Part shown: positions 1 through 12,136 of the stretch, one piece after another | How the letters are laid out: the number at the start of each line of letters is the position of its first letter | Position numbering within the stretch: position 1 is the stretch's first letter | Assembly: GCA_025356055.1 (NCBI GenBank) | Contig: JANXUU010000133.1 | Coordinates: 11,570 to 75,569, forward strand | Reading direction: 5' to 3' | Source: Sphingomonas sp. | GTDB lineage: Bacteria; Pseudomonadota; Alphaproteobacteria; Sphingomonadales; Sphingomonadaceae | Length of the DNA stretch: 64,000 nt | The notes under the pieces: model-generated | The model's input: only the letters and a program-made list of their open reading frames with translations | What the model was told of the DNA's origin: nothing | Databases searched by the model: none | Position numbers and translations under genes: made by a program

Positions 1-24
1 CCTTCTCGTCGTCGTGCCGCGGAC

Positions 25-1946
<1,922 letters not shown>

Positions 1947-2000
1947 TTAGACGCCTCGTCTCGATGGGGCAACCGCTCGACGGCCACCGTCATCACATCC

Positions 2001-2025
2001 GGAACGATCGGGGGCGTGATCGGTT
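2001..2025 (+). promoter_or_regulatory. EcfG-type (GSR sigma) promoter
   Basis: GGAAC-N16-GGTT, about 50 nt upstream of the ATG at 2076. Confidence 0.7.
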
Positions 2026-2075
2026 TTCCTGGTGTAATGGGCGCCTATGTTCGTCCGCAACCCAGGAGCGATCCG

Positions 2076-2549
2076 ATGAAAATCCTTTTAAGTCTCGCGG
2101 CCGCCGCTGTGGCGCTGAGCGCCAGTCCGGCGTTGGCGCATCCCGGCGGCGGACACGGCGGCGGTAATGATCGCGGCAATGGTGGCCAAGAGTGGAAACA
2201 TGGTGGCGACGACGGGGATCGCGGGGATCGAGGGGATCGCCACGATCGCCGAGATGGTGATCGAATCAACTATGGCTATCACCATAGTAGCTATCGCAAC
2301 TGCCCGCCGGGGCTGGCCAAGCGCCACAATGGCTGCGTGCCCCCAGGCCAGGCGCGCCGCTGGGCGCAGGGCTCGCGCTTGCCCTACGGCTATAATAGCT
2401 ACACGCCATACAACCAGCTTCCGCAGCGCTACATCGACCAGTATGGCTTGGATTCAAACAACCGCTACGTCTATCGCGACAACACGATCTATCAGGTCGA
2501 TCCCCGAACATCGATTATTCAGCGAATCCTCGGCGGCCTCGTCCGCTAG
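2076..2549 (+). CDS. Secreted Gly/Asp/Arg-rich protein with CPPGLAK...GCVPPGQ motif and RcnB-like C-terminus
   Basis: AGGAG RBS at 2064, signal peptide MKILLSLAAAAVALSASPALA, terminator directly downstream. Confidence 0.8.
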   Translation: MKILLSLAAAAVALSASPALAHPGGGHGGGNDRGNGGQEWKHGGDDGDRGDRGDRHDRRDGDRINYGYHHSSYRNCPPGLAKRHNGCVPPGQARRWAQGSRLPYGYNSYTPYNQLPQRYIDQYGLDSNNRYVYRDNTIYQVDPRTSIIQRILGGLVR

Positions 2550-2571
2550 GTTTTCGGGCTGAGAAAATCAT

Positions 2572-2604
2572 GCCGCCCGGTTAGCGCCGGGCGGCCTTTT
2601 CTTG
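2572..2604 (+). terminator. Intrinsic terminator between convergent genes
   Basis: GCCGCCCGG-ttagcg-CCGGGCGGC followed by CTTTTCTT. Confidence 0.8.
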
Positions 2605-2607
2605 GCG

Positions 2608-4044
2608 TTACTTGCCAGCGAGATCGCGAAGCATGATTTCCCAGTGGACGACGTTTTCATCGAGTGACTTGATTGGAAGCCGCTCATCCTTGCCGTGGGC
2701 GCGAAAATCGATCGGCACGACCACCATTGCGCCGTTGGTGCCATAGACGGGCACGCCGGCAACGCGGAACGGCCGTGCGTCGCTCGCCCCAGTCGACATT
2801 TCCGGGAATATCGGAAAGCCGGGGTGTAGGCTCGTCACGGCGTGGGTGAACGCGCTGACCACGTCAGGCCGGAGCGGTGATGCTACGCTCGCGACATAGT
2901 TGTCATTGCGACTGACGACCACTTCGGGATCGGCGACGACGCGGGTGAGCTCGGCCTGGATGGCGTTGGGATCTACCCCCGGGAAGATACGGCAATTGAT
3001 CATCGCCGTGGCGAGTTGCGGCAGCGCATTGTCGGCATGACCGCCGAACAGCCGCGTGGGGACGCACCGCGTGCGGGTCAGCCCGACCTCTTTCTCGTCA
3101 GCTTCGATCGCGTCGGCGGCGACGCCGTCTTTCGGATCAGCGAGCCATGCGCGCATCGCGTTGCCGAGCGGACCTTTCTCCATTTTTGACCGTGCACCGA
3201 AATAGGCGCGGGTCGTCTCGTTGAGCATCGGTTCGAAGCGATAGCCCTCGATCTTGTCGAGTGCATGGGCCAGCGAATAAATCGCGTTGTCCTTGCGTGG
3301 CTTCGACGAATGGCCGCCGCGATTGCGCACCGTCAGGGTGTAGCTGGCGAAGGTCTTCTCGGCGGTCTGAATCGTGAAGCCGACCGGCGTGCCATCGGGC
3401 AGCACGCCGCCCCCGCCGCCGTCCGCGTTGAGTCCGAATTCGGGATGGCCGAGGAGGTCGAGCCATTCCTTGGCACCCTTCTCGGAGCCAATGCCGTTAG
3501 TCTCCTCGTCGCCAGTGAACAGCACCACAATGTCGCGGGTCGATTTGAAGCCCGCCGCGCGAAGGTCGATCAGCGCTTGGGTCAGCGCGGTAATCCCATC
3601 CTTCATGTCGATCGTGCCGCGACCGTAATAATAGCCGCCCTTCTCGGTCAGCACGAACGGATCGGTGGTGGAATCCTCGCGCTTGGCCTCCACGACGTCC
3701 ATGTGGCCCATCAGGAGCAGCGGCCGCCCCTTGGGCGTCCCAGTCGCCCGCCAGCGAACGATAAGCGCGGCGGTGTCGTCTTCGCCGGTCGTCGCGCTGC
3801 CGGTGTGATAGGGCATGACGTGGACGTCGGCCTTAGGAAAGCCCGCGGCGATATATTGGTCGGCGAGATATTGCGCCATTGCCGGGGTTTGGTGACGGCC
3901 GATGACGGTCGGCATGTCGATGATCTTCTCAAACATAGCGCGCGTCGCTGCCGAACGGGCGGGAGACAGGGTCGGCACGGCGGCAACTGCGGGAACGGAG
4001 GTGGCGGCGGTGGCGGCGAGAAGCAGGGCAATCATGGTACGCAT
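2608..4044 (-). CDS. Secreted M20/M25/M40 family metallopeptidase
   Basis: Signal peptide; GHMDVV, GRGTIDMK, GDEE, GGHSS and HGKDER motifs. Confidence 0.9.
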   Translation of the reverse strand: MRTMIALLLAATAATSVPAVAAVPTLSPARSAATRAMFEKIIDMPTVIGRHQTPAMAQYLADQYIAAGFPKADVHVMPYHTGSATTGEDDTAALIVRWRATGTPKGRPLLLMGHMDVVEAKREDSTTDPFVLTEKGGYYYGRGTIDMKDGITALTQALIDLRAAGFKSTRDIVVLFTGDEETNGIGSEKGAKEWLDLLGHPEFGLNADGGGGGVLPDGTPVGFTIQTAEKTFASYTLTVRNRGGHSSKPRKDNAIYSLAHALDKIEGYRFEPMLNETTRAYFGARSKMEKGPLGNAMRAWLADPKDGVAADAIEADEKEVGLTRTRCVPTRLFGGHADNALPQLATAMINCRIFPGVDPNAIQAELTRVVADPEVVVSRNDNYVASVASPLRPDVVSAFTHAVTSLHPGFPIFPEMSTGASDARPFRVAGVPVYGTNGAMVVVPIDFRAHGKDERLPIKSLDENVVHWEIMLRDLAGK

Positions 4045-4143
4045 CGGTGACCTTTCACGTGAAATGACGCTTCAATTTGAGCGGCAATCGCGCGCTTGTC
4101 GATACAACTATCGCGCTTACGCGTCCGTGGCTATGGCGACACT

Positions 4144-4683
4144 ATGCGCCGTATCCTGCTGAGCGCTGCCCTGAGCAGCCTGTTCCTGCCCGCCCCCGCC
4201 CTGGCCCTGTCACACCACGGCTGGAGCCAGGCGAGTTCGATCGCACGTGACGGGCTGGTTGCGGTGGCGTTCGGCTTGCCCGCGATCAACGGCGACTGGC
4301 GCGGGGTCGAACAATCGGGCCTGTCGGTGGGCGCGGCGTTCGCGGTGACCGAGGGCCTAAAATACACGATCCATGAGCACCGCCCGGACGGCAGCGACAA
4401 TAAAAGTTTCCCGTCGGGACACGCGTCGGCCAGCTTCGCCGCCGCCGCCAGTCTCGAGAAGCGCTATGGCTGGCGGGTCGGCCTTCCGGCCCACCTCGTC
4501 GCGGCGTTCGTCGGCGTGTCGCGGGTCGAGGCGAAGAAGCACTTTGTCGGCGACGTGCTGGTCGGCGCAGCGATCGGCGAGGGTGCCGGCTGGCTGCTGA
4601 CGTCGAAGCGCGACGCCCGCGTACGGTGGTTGCCATGGGGCGACGCGCATGGCGGCGGAGTCAGCGCCGGGATGCGCTTCTAG
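4144..4683 (+). CDS. PAP2-family phosphatase
   Basis: K..I.E.RP, SFPSGHA and SRV.AKKHF.DV motifs; ATG at 4144. Confidence 0.88.
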   Translation: MRRILLSAALSSLFLPAPALALSHHGWSQASSIARDGLVAVAFGLPAINGDWRGVEQSGLSVGAAFAVTEGLKYTIHEHRPDGSDNKSFPSGHASASFAAAASLEKRYGWRVGLPAHLVAAFVGVSRVEAKKHFVGDVLVGAAIGEGAGWLLTSKRDARVRWLPWGDAHGGGVSAGMRF

Positions 4684-5783
4684 GCGGTCGCTCCGTGCCC
4701 TTCGGCGAGATAGTCGGCGCTTTGCATTTCCTCCAACCGGCTGACGGTCCGCTGGAACTCGAAATTGCCGTCGCCAGCGGGATAGAGGCCGGCGGGTTCG
4801 GCGTCGGCGGCGGCGAGCAGTTTCACCCGCTGTTCGTAGAGCTGGTCGATCAGCGTCACGAACCGCGCCGCCTCGTTGCGCATCTCGGCCGTCATGACGG
4901 GGATGCCGACGATGAATACCGTGTGGAAATGGTGGGCGATGGCGAGATAGTCGGCCGCCCCGCGCGGTTCGCCGCACAACCGCTTGAACGAGAAGACCGC
5001 AACGCCCTTGAGCGACTTGGGCACGTGGAGGGCGCGCCCGCCGCCAAGGTCGAGATCCTCGATCGGGACATTGGCGCGGTCCTCGACCGGATAGTCGGTC
5101 AGGCGGAAGAAGGCGTCGCTAAGCGCCGCACTGGCAGCGGGGCCGTTGGGGACGTGCCAGGTCTCGACGCCCTGAAGGCGGTCGAGGCGATAGTCGGTCG
5201 GGCCATTGAGCGGGACGACCTCGAGCCGCGCGGTCAACAGGGCGATGAACGGCAGGAACAGCTCGCGGTTGAGCCCGTCCTTGTAAAGATCCGACGGCGG
5301 CCGGTTCGAGGTCATCAACAGCCGAACCCCCTCGTCGATCAACGCGGTGAACAAGCGCGACATGATCATTGCGTCGGCGCTGTTGGTGACCATCATCTCG
5401 TCAAAGGCGAGGAAGTGGACCTCGTCGGCGAACTGTTTTGCGACCGCGATCACCGGGTCCCCGTCCTCGGTCGCGCGTGCGGCGCGGAGGCGCTGGTGGA
5501 CGTCGAGCATGAACGGGGCGAAGTGGGTGCGGCGCTTGGGCTCTATGGGGATGTGGGCGAAAGCCAAGTCCATCAGCATCGATTTGCCGCGCCCGACCCC
5601 GCCCCACAGATAGACCCCGGCGCGAACCGGATCCCGACGACCAAGCAGCCGGTCGAATAGGCGCTGCGGACGGGCAGCGGCAAAACGATCGAGCGCGGCC
5701 ACGGCGCGCGCCTGGTCGGGGTCGGGCTTTAGCTCACCGGCCGCCAGCAGCGCCTCGAAGGCGGTGCAGACCGGACTTTTCAC
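4680..5783 (-). CDS. zapE: AFG1/ZapE-family ATPase
   Basis: GVYLWGGVGRGKS Walker A, FDEM Walker B, TSNRPP; GTG start overlaps the upstream TGA. Confidence 0.92.
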   Translation of the reverse strand: MKSPVCTAFEALLAAGELKPDPDQARAVAALDRFAAARPQRLFDRLLGRRDPVRAGVYLWGGVGRGKSMLMDLAFAHIPIEPKRRTHFAPFMLDVHQRLRAARATEDGDPVIAVAKQFADEVHFLAFDEMMVTNSADAMIMSRLFTALIDEGVRLLMTSNRPPSDLYKDGLNRELFLPFIALLTARLEVVPLNGPTDYRLDRLQGVETWHVPNGPAASAALSDAFFRLTDYPVEDRANVPIEDLDLGGGRALHVPKSLKGVAVFSFKRLCGEPRGAADYLAIAHHFHTVFIVGIPVMTAEMRNEAARFVTLIDQLYEQRVKLLAAADAEPAGLYPAGDGNFEFQRTVSRLEEMQSADYLAEGHGATA

Positions 5784-6202
5784 GAGCGCTCGCGGATGCG
5801 CTTTAACGTGCCGGTAAAGTTGTGCGTCGGTTGTCCACCCTGCTCGCAATGCCCGGCCATGAAAGCGATACCGCCCCTGGTCTTGCCGATCAGGCGAACG
5901 AAGGCGTCGAGCGGCGCGCCGGCCATGGTGCGGGCGATAAAGTGGGTCGAGCAGTCGAGCGTAACGTAGTGACCTGGGTCGCGACCCACGATCCGACCCC
6001 CGGCGAAAATCGCCATGTCGATAAAAGTCATCACCGCACCGCCGTGAATCGATCCGCCCAGGTTGAGCATCAGCCCCGTCGGGTGCATGCGCACTTGCAC
6101 GACGCCATTGCCGGCATCGCGATAGCTCATCGGACCAATCGCAGCGGCGAAACTCTCAGGCGGGATGTCGCCGAAGCTGAGCCAGCCTCCGACGTCGCTC
6201 AA
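5780..6202 (-). CDS. PaaI-family thioesterase
   Basis: [16 protein letters not shown] hot-dog motif; coupled to sdhB and zapE. Confidence 0.85.
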   Translation of the reverse strand: MSDVGGWLSFGDIPPESFAAAIGPMSYRDAGNGVVQVRMHPTGLMLNLGGSIHGGAVMTFIDMAIFAGGRIVGRDPGHYVTLDCSTHFIARTMAGAPLDAFVRLIGKTRGGIAFMAGHCEQGGQPTHNFTGTLKRIRERS

Positions 6203-6978
6203 GCCGCTCGCTCAGCGATCAACTTCTTAGTCTCGGCAATCGCCTTGGCAGGATTGAGGCCCTTGGGACAGACATTGGCGCAGTTCATGATGGTATGGCA
6301 GCGATACAGGCGGAACGGGTCCTCGAGCTGGTCTAGCCGTTCGCCGGTCATCTCGTCGCGGCTGTCGACGAGCCAACGGTAGGCCTGCAGCAGGATCGCG
6401 GGACCCAGGAAGCGGTCGGCATTCCACCAATAGCTCGGGCATGAGGTCGAGCAGCAGGCGCACATGATGCATTCGTAGAGACCGTCGACCTTGGAGCGAT
6501 CCTCGGGGCTTTGCAGCCGCTCCTTGCCCGATGGCGGCGGCGAGGCGCTTTTCAGCCACGGCTGGATCGAGGCATATTGCGCATAGAAGTGGGTGAAATC
6601 GGGGACGAGATCCTTGACCACGTCCATGTGCGGGAGCGGCGTGATCCGCACCTCGCCCGAAAGATCTTCGATCGAAGTGGTGCAGGCGAGGCCATTCTTG
6701 CCGGCGATGTTCATCGAGCACGACCCACAAATCCCTTCTCGGCACGAACGGCGGAAGGTTAGCGTCGGATCCTGATCATTCTTGATCTTGATGAGCGCGT
6801 CGAGCACCATCGGTCCACACTTGTCGAGGTCGATGGTGTAGGTGTCGTAGCGCGGGTTGGCGCCGCTATCGGGGTCGTAGCGATAGACTTTGAACGACTT
6901 CAGCCGCCCGCCCTCATCGGGGACATGCGCCTTGCCCTGCTTGACAACGCTGTTCTTGGGAAGCGTGAACTCGGCCAC
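6199..6978 (-). CDS. sdhB: Succinate dehydrogenase iron-sulfur subunit
   Basis: [26 protein letters not shown] and [12 protein letters not shown] clusters; CAGGAG RBS. Confidence 0.98.
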   Translation of the reverse strand: MAEFTLPKNSVVKQGKAHVPDEGGRLKSFKVYRYDPDSGANPRYDTYTIDLDKCGPMVLDALIKIKNDQDPTLTFRRSCREGICGSCSMNIAGKNGLACTTSIEDLSGEVRITPLPHMDVVKDLVPDFTHFYAQYASIQPWLKSASPPPSGKERLQSPEDRSKVDGLYECIMCACCSTSCPSYWWNADRFLGPAILLQAYRWLVDSRDEMTGERLDQLEDPFRLYRCHTIMNCANVCPKGLNPAKAIAETKKLIAERAA

Positions 6979-7180
6979 TGACGGCTCCTGAATGACGGGC
7001 GTGCCGCGCCGCTACCATGCAGCGCACCGGGTTTCAAATGGGGTGTGGCAAGTCGTTCGTCGAGGGCTCCCGCAATTTTGCCGCAGATGATGGCGCCGTT
7101 CGTCGGTTCGTAAGCGTGACCGCTGGCCCGCTCCAACAGCACCGTGTTGTCGAACTGATACAGGTGATCCGGTTCCGACG

Positions 7181-7450
7181 TTCCTTCCCGTCGTCGTCCT
7201 CACGGCGACACTGTCGCCGAGCGGACAAGCGGCCGCCCCGGCTGGACTTAGCGCTGCGCAAACCTTCGAAGGGCGGCTGACCATCTCCGCAACGGTCTAT
7301 TTCGCTCCCTTCGCGCCATCGACCGCGCTCGACATGGCGCAGCACGCTCCCGGCTTCAGCCTTGATCTGAGCAACAGCGACGTGCGCGGATTTGCAGGCG
7401 CCGCGGGGTACGTCGGAAGGCGTGGGCCACGGAGGAGTATTCGCACTTGA
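7181..7450 (+). pseudogene. Remnant of a TonB-dependent receptor N-terminus/plug
   Basis: Frame reads ...VYFAPFAPSTALDMAQHAPGFSLDLSNSDVRGFAGAAG..., resembling recalled sphingomonad TBDR plug starts; no start codon upstream in frame and an early TGA. Confidence 0.55.
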
Positions 7451-7638
7451 CCGACGGATTGCTTTAGCTCGGCCTCGGCAGCGACCGGATCGATTTGCTC
7501 CAGGACCGAATAGTGAAACCGGATGGTTCGACGCATTGGGCAATATCGCAAGCGGTACGCGGCGGTTCGTGGCCGTGACGCTGGACTAGCCGCTGACAGC
7601 CAGCGCGCCTTGAAGATCACGCTGAAACTTAGCTTCGG

Positions 7639-9768
7639 CTAACGGACCGGACTCGGCTCGACCGGGTCCATCAGCTTGCGGGTGAGGTAGATCATCTGCA
7701 GCGCCCTCAGCCGCGCCGACTGGCGCAAGTTGACGTCGGTCGCGTGCCCGCCCTGCGTGTCCTCGAAGAAATAGAAAGGCAGGCCGAATTCCTCCATCCG
7801 CGCCGCGAACTTGCGCGCGTGCTGCGGTCCGACGCGGTCGTCTTTCGTGGTCGTCAGCAAGAACGGCACCGGATAGGCGACACCCTTACGAAGCGCTTGA
7901 TAAGGACCGGTTTTCTCCCAGAAGACGCGAACCGCCGGATCAGTGACGCTGCCATATTCACCTTCCCACGACGCCCCCGCAGCGATCTTCAAAATACGGA
8001 TCATGTCGAGCAGGGGTACATCGATGATCGCCGCGTTCCACAGCTCGGGGTGCTGCGTGAACTGAACCCCCGTCAGCAGCCCGCCGTTTGAGCCGCCACT
8101 GATCCCCAGTCGCCTCGGGCTGGTCACTCGCCGCGCGATCAGGTCGCGGCCGACCGCGACGAAATCGTCATAGACGACCTGTCGCTTGGTGCCGAGCCCG
8201 GCCTCGTGCCACTTGGGTCCAAACTCGCCGCCGCCACGAATGTTGGCGAGAACATAGACTCCGCCCTTCTCGAGCCACAGTTTGCCGGTAGTCGAGGAAT
8301 AGCTCGGGGTCATGCTCTGCTCGAACCCACCATAGGCATAGAGCAAGGTCGGATTGTTGCCGGTGAGCGGCATGTCGCGGCGGTGAACGAGGAAATAGGG
8401 GATTTTCGTCCCGTCGCTCGACACTGCCTCATGCTGCTCGGAGACGAGGTTCGAAGTGTCGAATTTTTCTCCCTGACGGCGAATTTCGCGCGTCGCGCCG
8501 GTGCCCGCATCGACCAGCCACTGAGATGGGGGGACGAGGAAACTGGTTACCTGGACCAGCGCGCGGTTGTCGTGGCTGGTCGCATCGGCGACTCCGACGC
8601 TGCTGTTGTCGGGAAGCTTTAGCACCGAGCGGCTCCAGCCGCCCTTCGTGGTCGGGGTGAATCGAACGAGCCGGCCCCGGACATTGTCGAGCATCGTCGC
8701 AATCACACTGTCGCGTGTCACCGCAGCGCTTTCGAGCGCTTCTCGCGATCCGGCTGTGGTGATCAGCGTCGGTCGCAAATGATCGGGGTTGGCGCGCAGC
8801 CCGGCAAGATCGAGCGAGACCAGTGAGCCGGCGGGATAGGTCGCGCCTGATCCCGCCGGATGCCAATCTTCCTTGGTCTCGACGATCACCCGGCCGTTGA
8901 CCATTCCGTGGACCACCGATTTCTCGGGCAGGCCAAGTCGGCGAACCCCCTTCGCGCCGATGAGATACGTCTCGTTATGATAGAAATCCTTGCCGCGCAC
9001 GATCAGCGGCAGGATGCGTTGCTGGGCGTCTCGAAGTACCGCGGCAGCCGTCGCGACGTCGCTCTTCTGTCCACGGTAGATTTCGGTCGCGGCGTTGAGC
9101 GGCTGGCCGCGCTTCAACCGCTTGACGACATAGGCATAACCCGAATCGGTAAGCTGCCCGGGCTCCCACTCGCGCGAGACGAGCAGCGTGTTCTCATTCT
9201 CCCACGACACTTCCTGCTTGCCCTTCGGCAGGATAAACCCGCCCGCGACGAACTTGCCAGTGACGAGATCATACTCGCGCACCGTGACCGCGTCTTCACC
9301 GCCGTCCGACAGCTCGATGAGGCAGCGCCGTTCGGCGGGCTCGGCGCACGACGCGCCCTTCCACACCCAGTTCGCCTGTTCGTCAGCGGCCAGCCGGTCG
9401 AGGTCGAGCACCGTTTCCCAATGCGGGGTCGCGCTCGAGAAGCTCGCCACGCTCGTGCGCCGCCAGATGCCGCGGACATGGGTTTCGTCCTGCCAGAAAT
9501 TATAGACTTTGCCGTTGATGAAACTGCCAGCCGGAAGCCGGTCCTTGGCCTGCGCAAGCGACAATGCCTCGGCGAAATAGGCGGGGTAGCGCGGATCGGC
9601 CTCAAGCACCCCGGTGGTCTTGGCATTATGCGCCGCGACCCACGACATGACACGCGGCGAGGTTAGTTCCTCGAGCCACAGATAAGGATCGTCGTTCGCG
9701 CCCTGTGCCATCGCCGTCCCCGCGCCGAGCACTGTCAATCCCACCATCAACCAACCAATCCTGCGCAT
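7639..9768 (-). CDS. Secreted prolyl oligopeptidase (S9A)
   Basis: DDPYLWLEE, YAYGGF, NIRGGGEFG, GGSNGG nucleophile, DDRV, GGH; AGGGAG RBS before MRRIG. Confidence 0.93.
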   Translation of the reverse strand: MRRIGWLMVGLTVLGAGTAMAQGANDDPYLWLEELTSPRVMSWVAAHNAKTTGVLEADPRYPAYFAEALSLAQAKDRLPAGSFINGKVYNFWQDETHVRGIWRRTSVASFSSATPHWETVLDLDRLAADEQANWVWKGASCAEPAERRCLIELSDGGEDAVTVREYDLVTGKFVAGGFILPKGKQEVSWENENTLLVSREWEPGQLTDSGYAYVVKRLKRGQPLNAATEIYRGQKSDVATAAAVLRDAQQRILPLIVRGKDFYHNETYLIGAKGVRRLGLPEKSVVHGMVNGRVIVETKEDWHPAGSGATYPAGSLVSLDLAGLRANPDHLRPTLITTAGSREALESAAVTRDSVIATMLDNVRGRLVRFTPTTKGGWSRSVLKLPDNSSVGVADATSHDNRALVQVTSFLVPPSQWLVDAGTGATREIRRQGEKFDTSNLVSEQHEAVSSDGTKIPYFLVHRRDMPLTGNNPTLLYAYGGFEQSMTPSYSSTTGKLWLEKGGVYVLANIRGGGEFGPKWHEAGLGTKRQVVYDDFVAVGRDLIARRVTSPRRLGISGGSNGGLLTGVQFTQHPELWNAAIIDVPLLDMIRILKIAAGASWEGEYGSVTDPAVRVFWEKTGPYQALRKGVAYPVPFLLTTTKDDRVGPQHARKFAARMEEFGLPFYFFEDTQGGHATDVNLRQSARLRALQMIYLTRKLMDPVEPSPVR

Positions 9769-9881
9769 GAACCGCTCCCTTTGATGTTGGCGACGCTCGC
9801 CGAACGCCGCGACGGGGTCAAGTCCATCCGGGCGCTTAGCAGTGTCAGCCACCGTTCATCGGAATTTCCGTAAAGGTTCCC

Positions 9882-9900
9882 GATGATATAGTGTCACAAT
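9882..9900. promoter_or_regulatory. Possible Zur-like (Fur-family) operator
   Basis: Reverse complement ATTGTGACACTATATCATC matches 13 of 18 defined positions of AATGTTATANTATAACATT; lies in the divergent promoter region of the TBDR. Confidence 0.35.
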
Positions 9901-9967
9901 GTATCGAGGCGGCCATGTGGCTGCCATCCGCCCCAAACTACCCTCCCTTGATGAACGAGCTTTCCGC

Positions 9968-12136
9968 ATGCGCCGAGTAACGTCCCTATCCACGCTTGCC
10001 CTGCTGATGGCCGCCAGTGCGTCGGCCAATGCTTCGGAAGCCGCCCCGCCCGTCGGCAATTCACGCGAGACGACTGCCGATCCGGCGCCGGTCGGCGAGA
10101 TTGTGGTAACGGGACGTCGGCTCGACGCGGCCCGCGATTCGATCGCTCCGGCGCTGGGCGCAAGCGACTATTCCTTGAGCCGCGCGACACTCGACAAGCA
10201 GCCGGGCGGCGCCAACCTCAGCCTTGCCGCGACCCTGCTTCAGGCGCCGGGCGTGACGCAGGACAGCTATGGGGCGATCCACGTCCGCAACGAGCACGGC
10301 AACCTTCAATATCGCCTCAACGGGATCATCGTTCCCGAAAGCATTTCCGGCTTCGGCGCGACCTTCGACCAGCGCATCGCGAGTTCGATCGACCTCATCA
10401 CAGGCACGTTGCCCGCCCAATATGGCTATCGCACCTCGGGCGTGATCAACGTCAAGACGCAGTCGGGGTCGTTCGCGAACGGCGGCGAGGTCGGCATCTA
10501 TGGCGGCAGTCGCGGCACGATCCAGCCGAGCGCGAGTATCCAGGGCTCGGACGGACACTTCAACTATTTCGCCAGCGGCTCCTACCTCCAGAACGATATT
10601 GGGGTGGAGAATCCAACCCCCGCCAGAAATGCCATCCACGACCGGACCAGGCAATATCGCGGCTTTGTTTATGTTTCCGACATCCTGTCCGAAAGCAGCC
10701 GCATCTCGGCGTTCGGCGGCACCTCGATCGGGCGCTTCGAGATTCCCAACGTGCCCGGCCAGTCACCCGCCTTCACGGTCAATGGCGTGTCGAATTTCGA
10801 TAGCGCCGCGCTCGACCTCAACCAGCGCGAGGTGACGCACTACGGCGTGCTCGCGTATCAATTTGCCGGCTCGAACCTCAATTTCCAAGTGGCACCGTTC
10901 GTCCGCTATTCGCAGACGCGCTTCATCCCCGATCCGAACAATGGCGACATTATTTTCAACGGCTTTGCCGACGCCGCCAAACTGTCGAGCCTGGCCGCCG
11001 GGGTGCAGGCCGACGGATCGACCAAGCTCGGCGACAGTCACACCGTCCGCTTTGGCGTGTTCCTCCAGAACGAGCGTACACGCACGGCGGTGACCTCGCG
11101 CGTGCTGCCGGTCGATGGCAACGGCATCCAGACCAGCCAGAACCCCTTCCCGATCGCCGATCGGGGCGGGCGCAACGGCCAGCTTTACGGCACCTATCTC
11201 CAGGACGAATGGTCGGTCACGCCTAAGCTGACGATCAACTATGGCGCCCGTTTCGACATCGTGCGCGCCTACACTCGCGAACAGCAGCTCAGCCCGCGCG
11301 TCAACTTGGTGTGGGTGCCGAACAAGGCTGTCACGCTCCACGCCGGCTATGCGCGCAACTTCACGCCGCCGCCGCAGGAGCTGATCGGCGCGCCGACGCT
11401 GGCGCTGTTCGACGGGACGACCAAACAAAGCGAGCTCATGACCGCCGACCCGGTGCGGGCCGAGCGCGAGCATTATTTCGATGCCGGTATCGAATTCAAG
11501 CCGGCGCGCGGGCTGAAAATCGGGCTCGACAATTACTACAAGCTCAAGCACAATCTGCTCGACGAGGGCCAGTTCGGTTCGGCGCTTGTCCTGTCGCCGT
11601 TCAACTATGCCAAGGGCTATGCGTGGGGGGTCGAGCTCAGCGCGAACTACACGCGCGGGCCGTTCGACGTCTACGCCAACGTCGCGCACGGTCAGGAGAA
11701 GGGCAGGAACATCAATTCAAGCCAATATTTTTTCGCTCCGGACGAACTCGCCAAAATCCGCGACCGGTATATTTTTACCGACCACAGCCAGGATTGGACG
11801 GCATCGGGCGGGGGCAGCGCGACAATCCGCAATGGCGCGGGAACGCTCGTGCCGACGGTTGACTTTATCTATGGCAGCGGGCTTCGCAAGGACGATCCCA
11901 ACCCGTTTACGGCCATCCCCAACGGCGGCAAGCTGCCGGGCTATTTCACGATGAACCTCGGGATCGCCCAGAATTTTACCAGGGCGGGGGCGCTCAAGGG
12001 GGTGACCTTGCGGGTCGATGTCGCGAACCTGTTCGACAAGACCTATCTCATCCGAGACGGTTCGGGGGTCGGCGTCGGTGCCCCGCAATATGGCGCGCGG
12101 CGCGGCATCTTCGCGGGGATTACGAAGAAGTTCTAG
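9968..12136 (+). CDS. TonB-dependent receptor
   Basis: Signal peptide, EIVVTGRR TonB box, plug HVRNEHGNLQYRLNG, C-terminal NLFDKTY...GITKKF ending in Phe. Confidence 0.93.
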   Translation: MRRVTSLSTLALLMAASASANASEAAPPVGNSRETTADPAPVGEIVVTGRRLDAARDSIAPALGASDYSLSRATLDKQPGGANLSLAATLLQAPGVTQDSYGAIHVRNEHGNLQYRLNGIIVPESISGFGATFDQRIASSIDLITGTLPAQYGYRTSGVINVKTQSGSFANGGEVGIYGGSRGTIQPSASIQGSDGHFNYFASGSYLQNDIGVENPTPARNAIHDRTRQYRGFVYVSDILSESSRISAFGGTSIGRFEIPNVPGQSPAFTVNGVSNFDSAALDLNQREVTHYGVLAYQFAGSNLNFQVAPFVRYSQTRFIPDPNNGDIIFNGFADAAKLSSLAAGVQADGSTKLGDSHTVRFGVFLQNERTRTAVTSRVLPVDGNGIQTSQNPFPIADRGGRNGQLYGTYLQDEWSVTPKLTINYGARFDIVRAYTREQQLSPRVNLVWVPNKAVTLHAGYARNFTPPPQELIGAPTLALFDGTTKQSELMTADPVRAEREHYFDAGIEFKPARGLKIGLDNYYKLKHNLLDEGQFGSALVLSPFNYAKGYAWGVELSANYTRGPFDVYANVAHGQEKGRNINSSQYFFAPDELAKIRDRYIFTDHSQDWTASGGGSATIRNGAGTLVPTVDFIYGSGLRKDDPNPFTAIPNGGKLPGYFTMNLGIAQNFTRAGALKGVTLRVDVANLFDKTYLIRDGSGVGVGAPQYGARRGIFAGITKKF

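Noticed and set aside
7012-7620. Minus-strand ORFs of 90, 107 and 169 aa upstream of sdhB
   Set aside because: No motif or RBS support; the plus-strand TBDR-like remnant explains the region better
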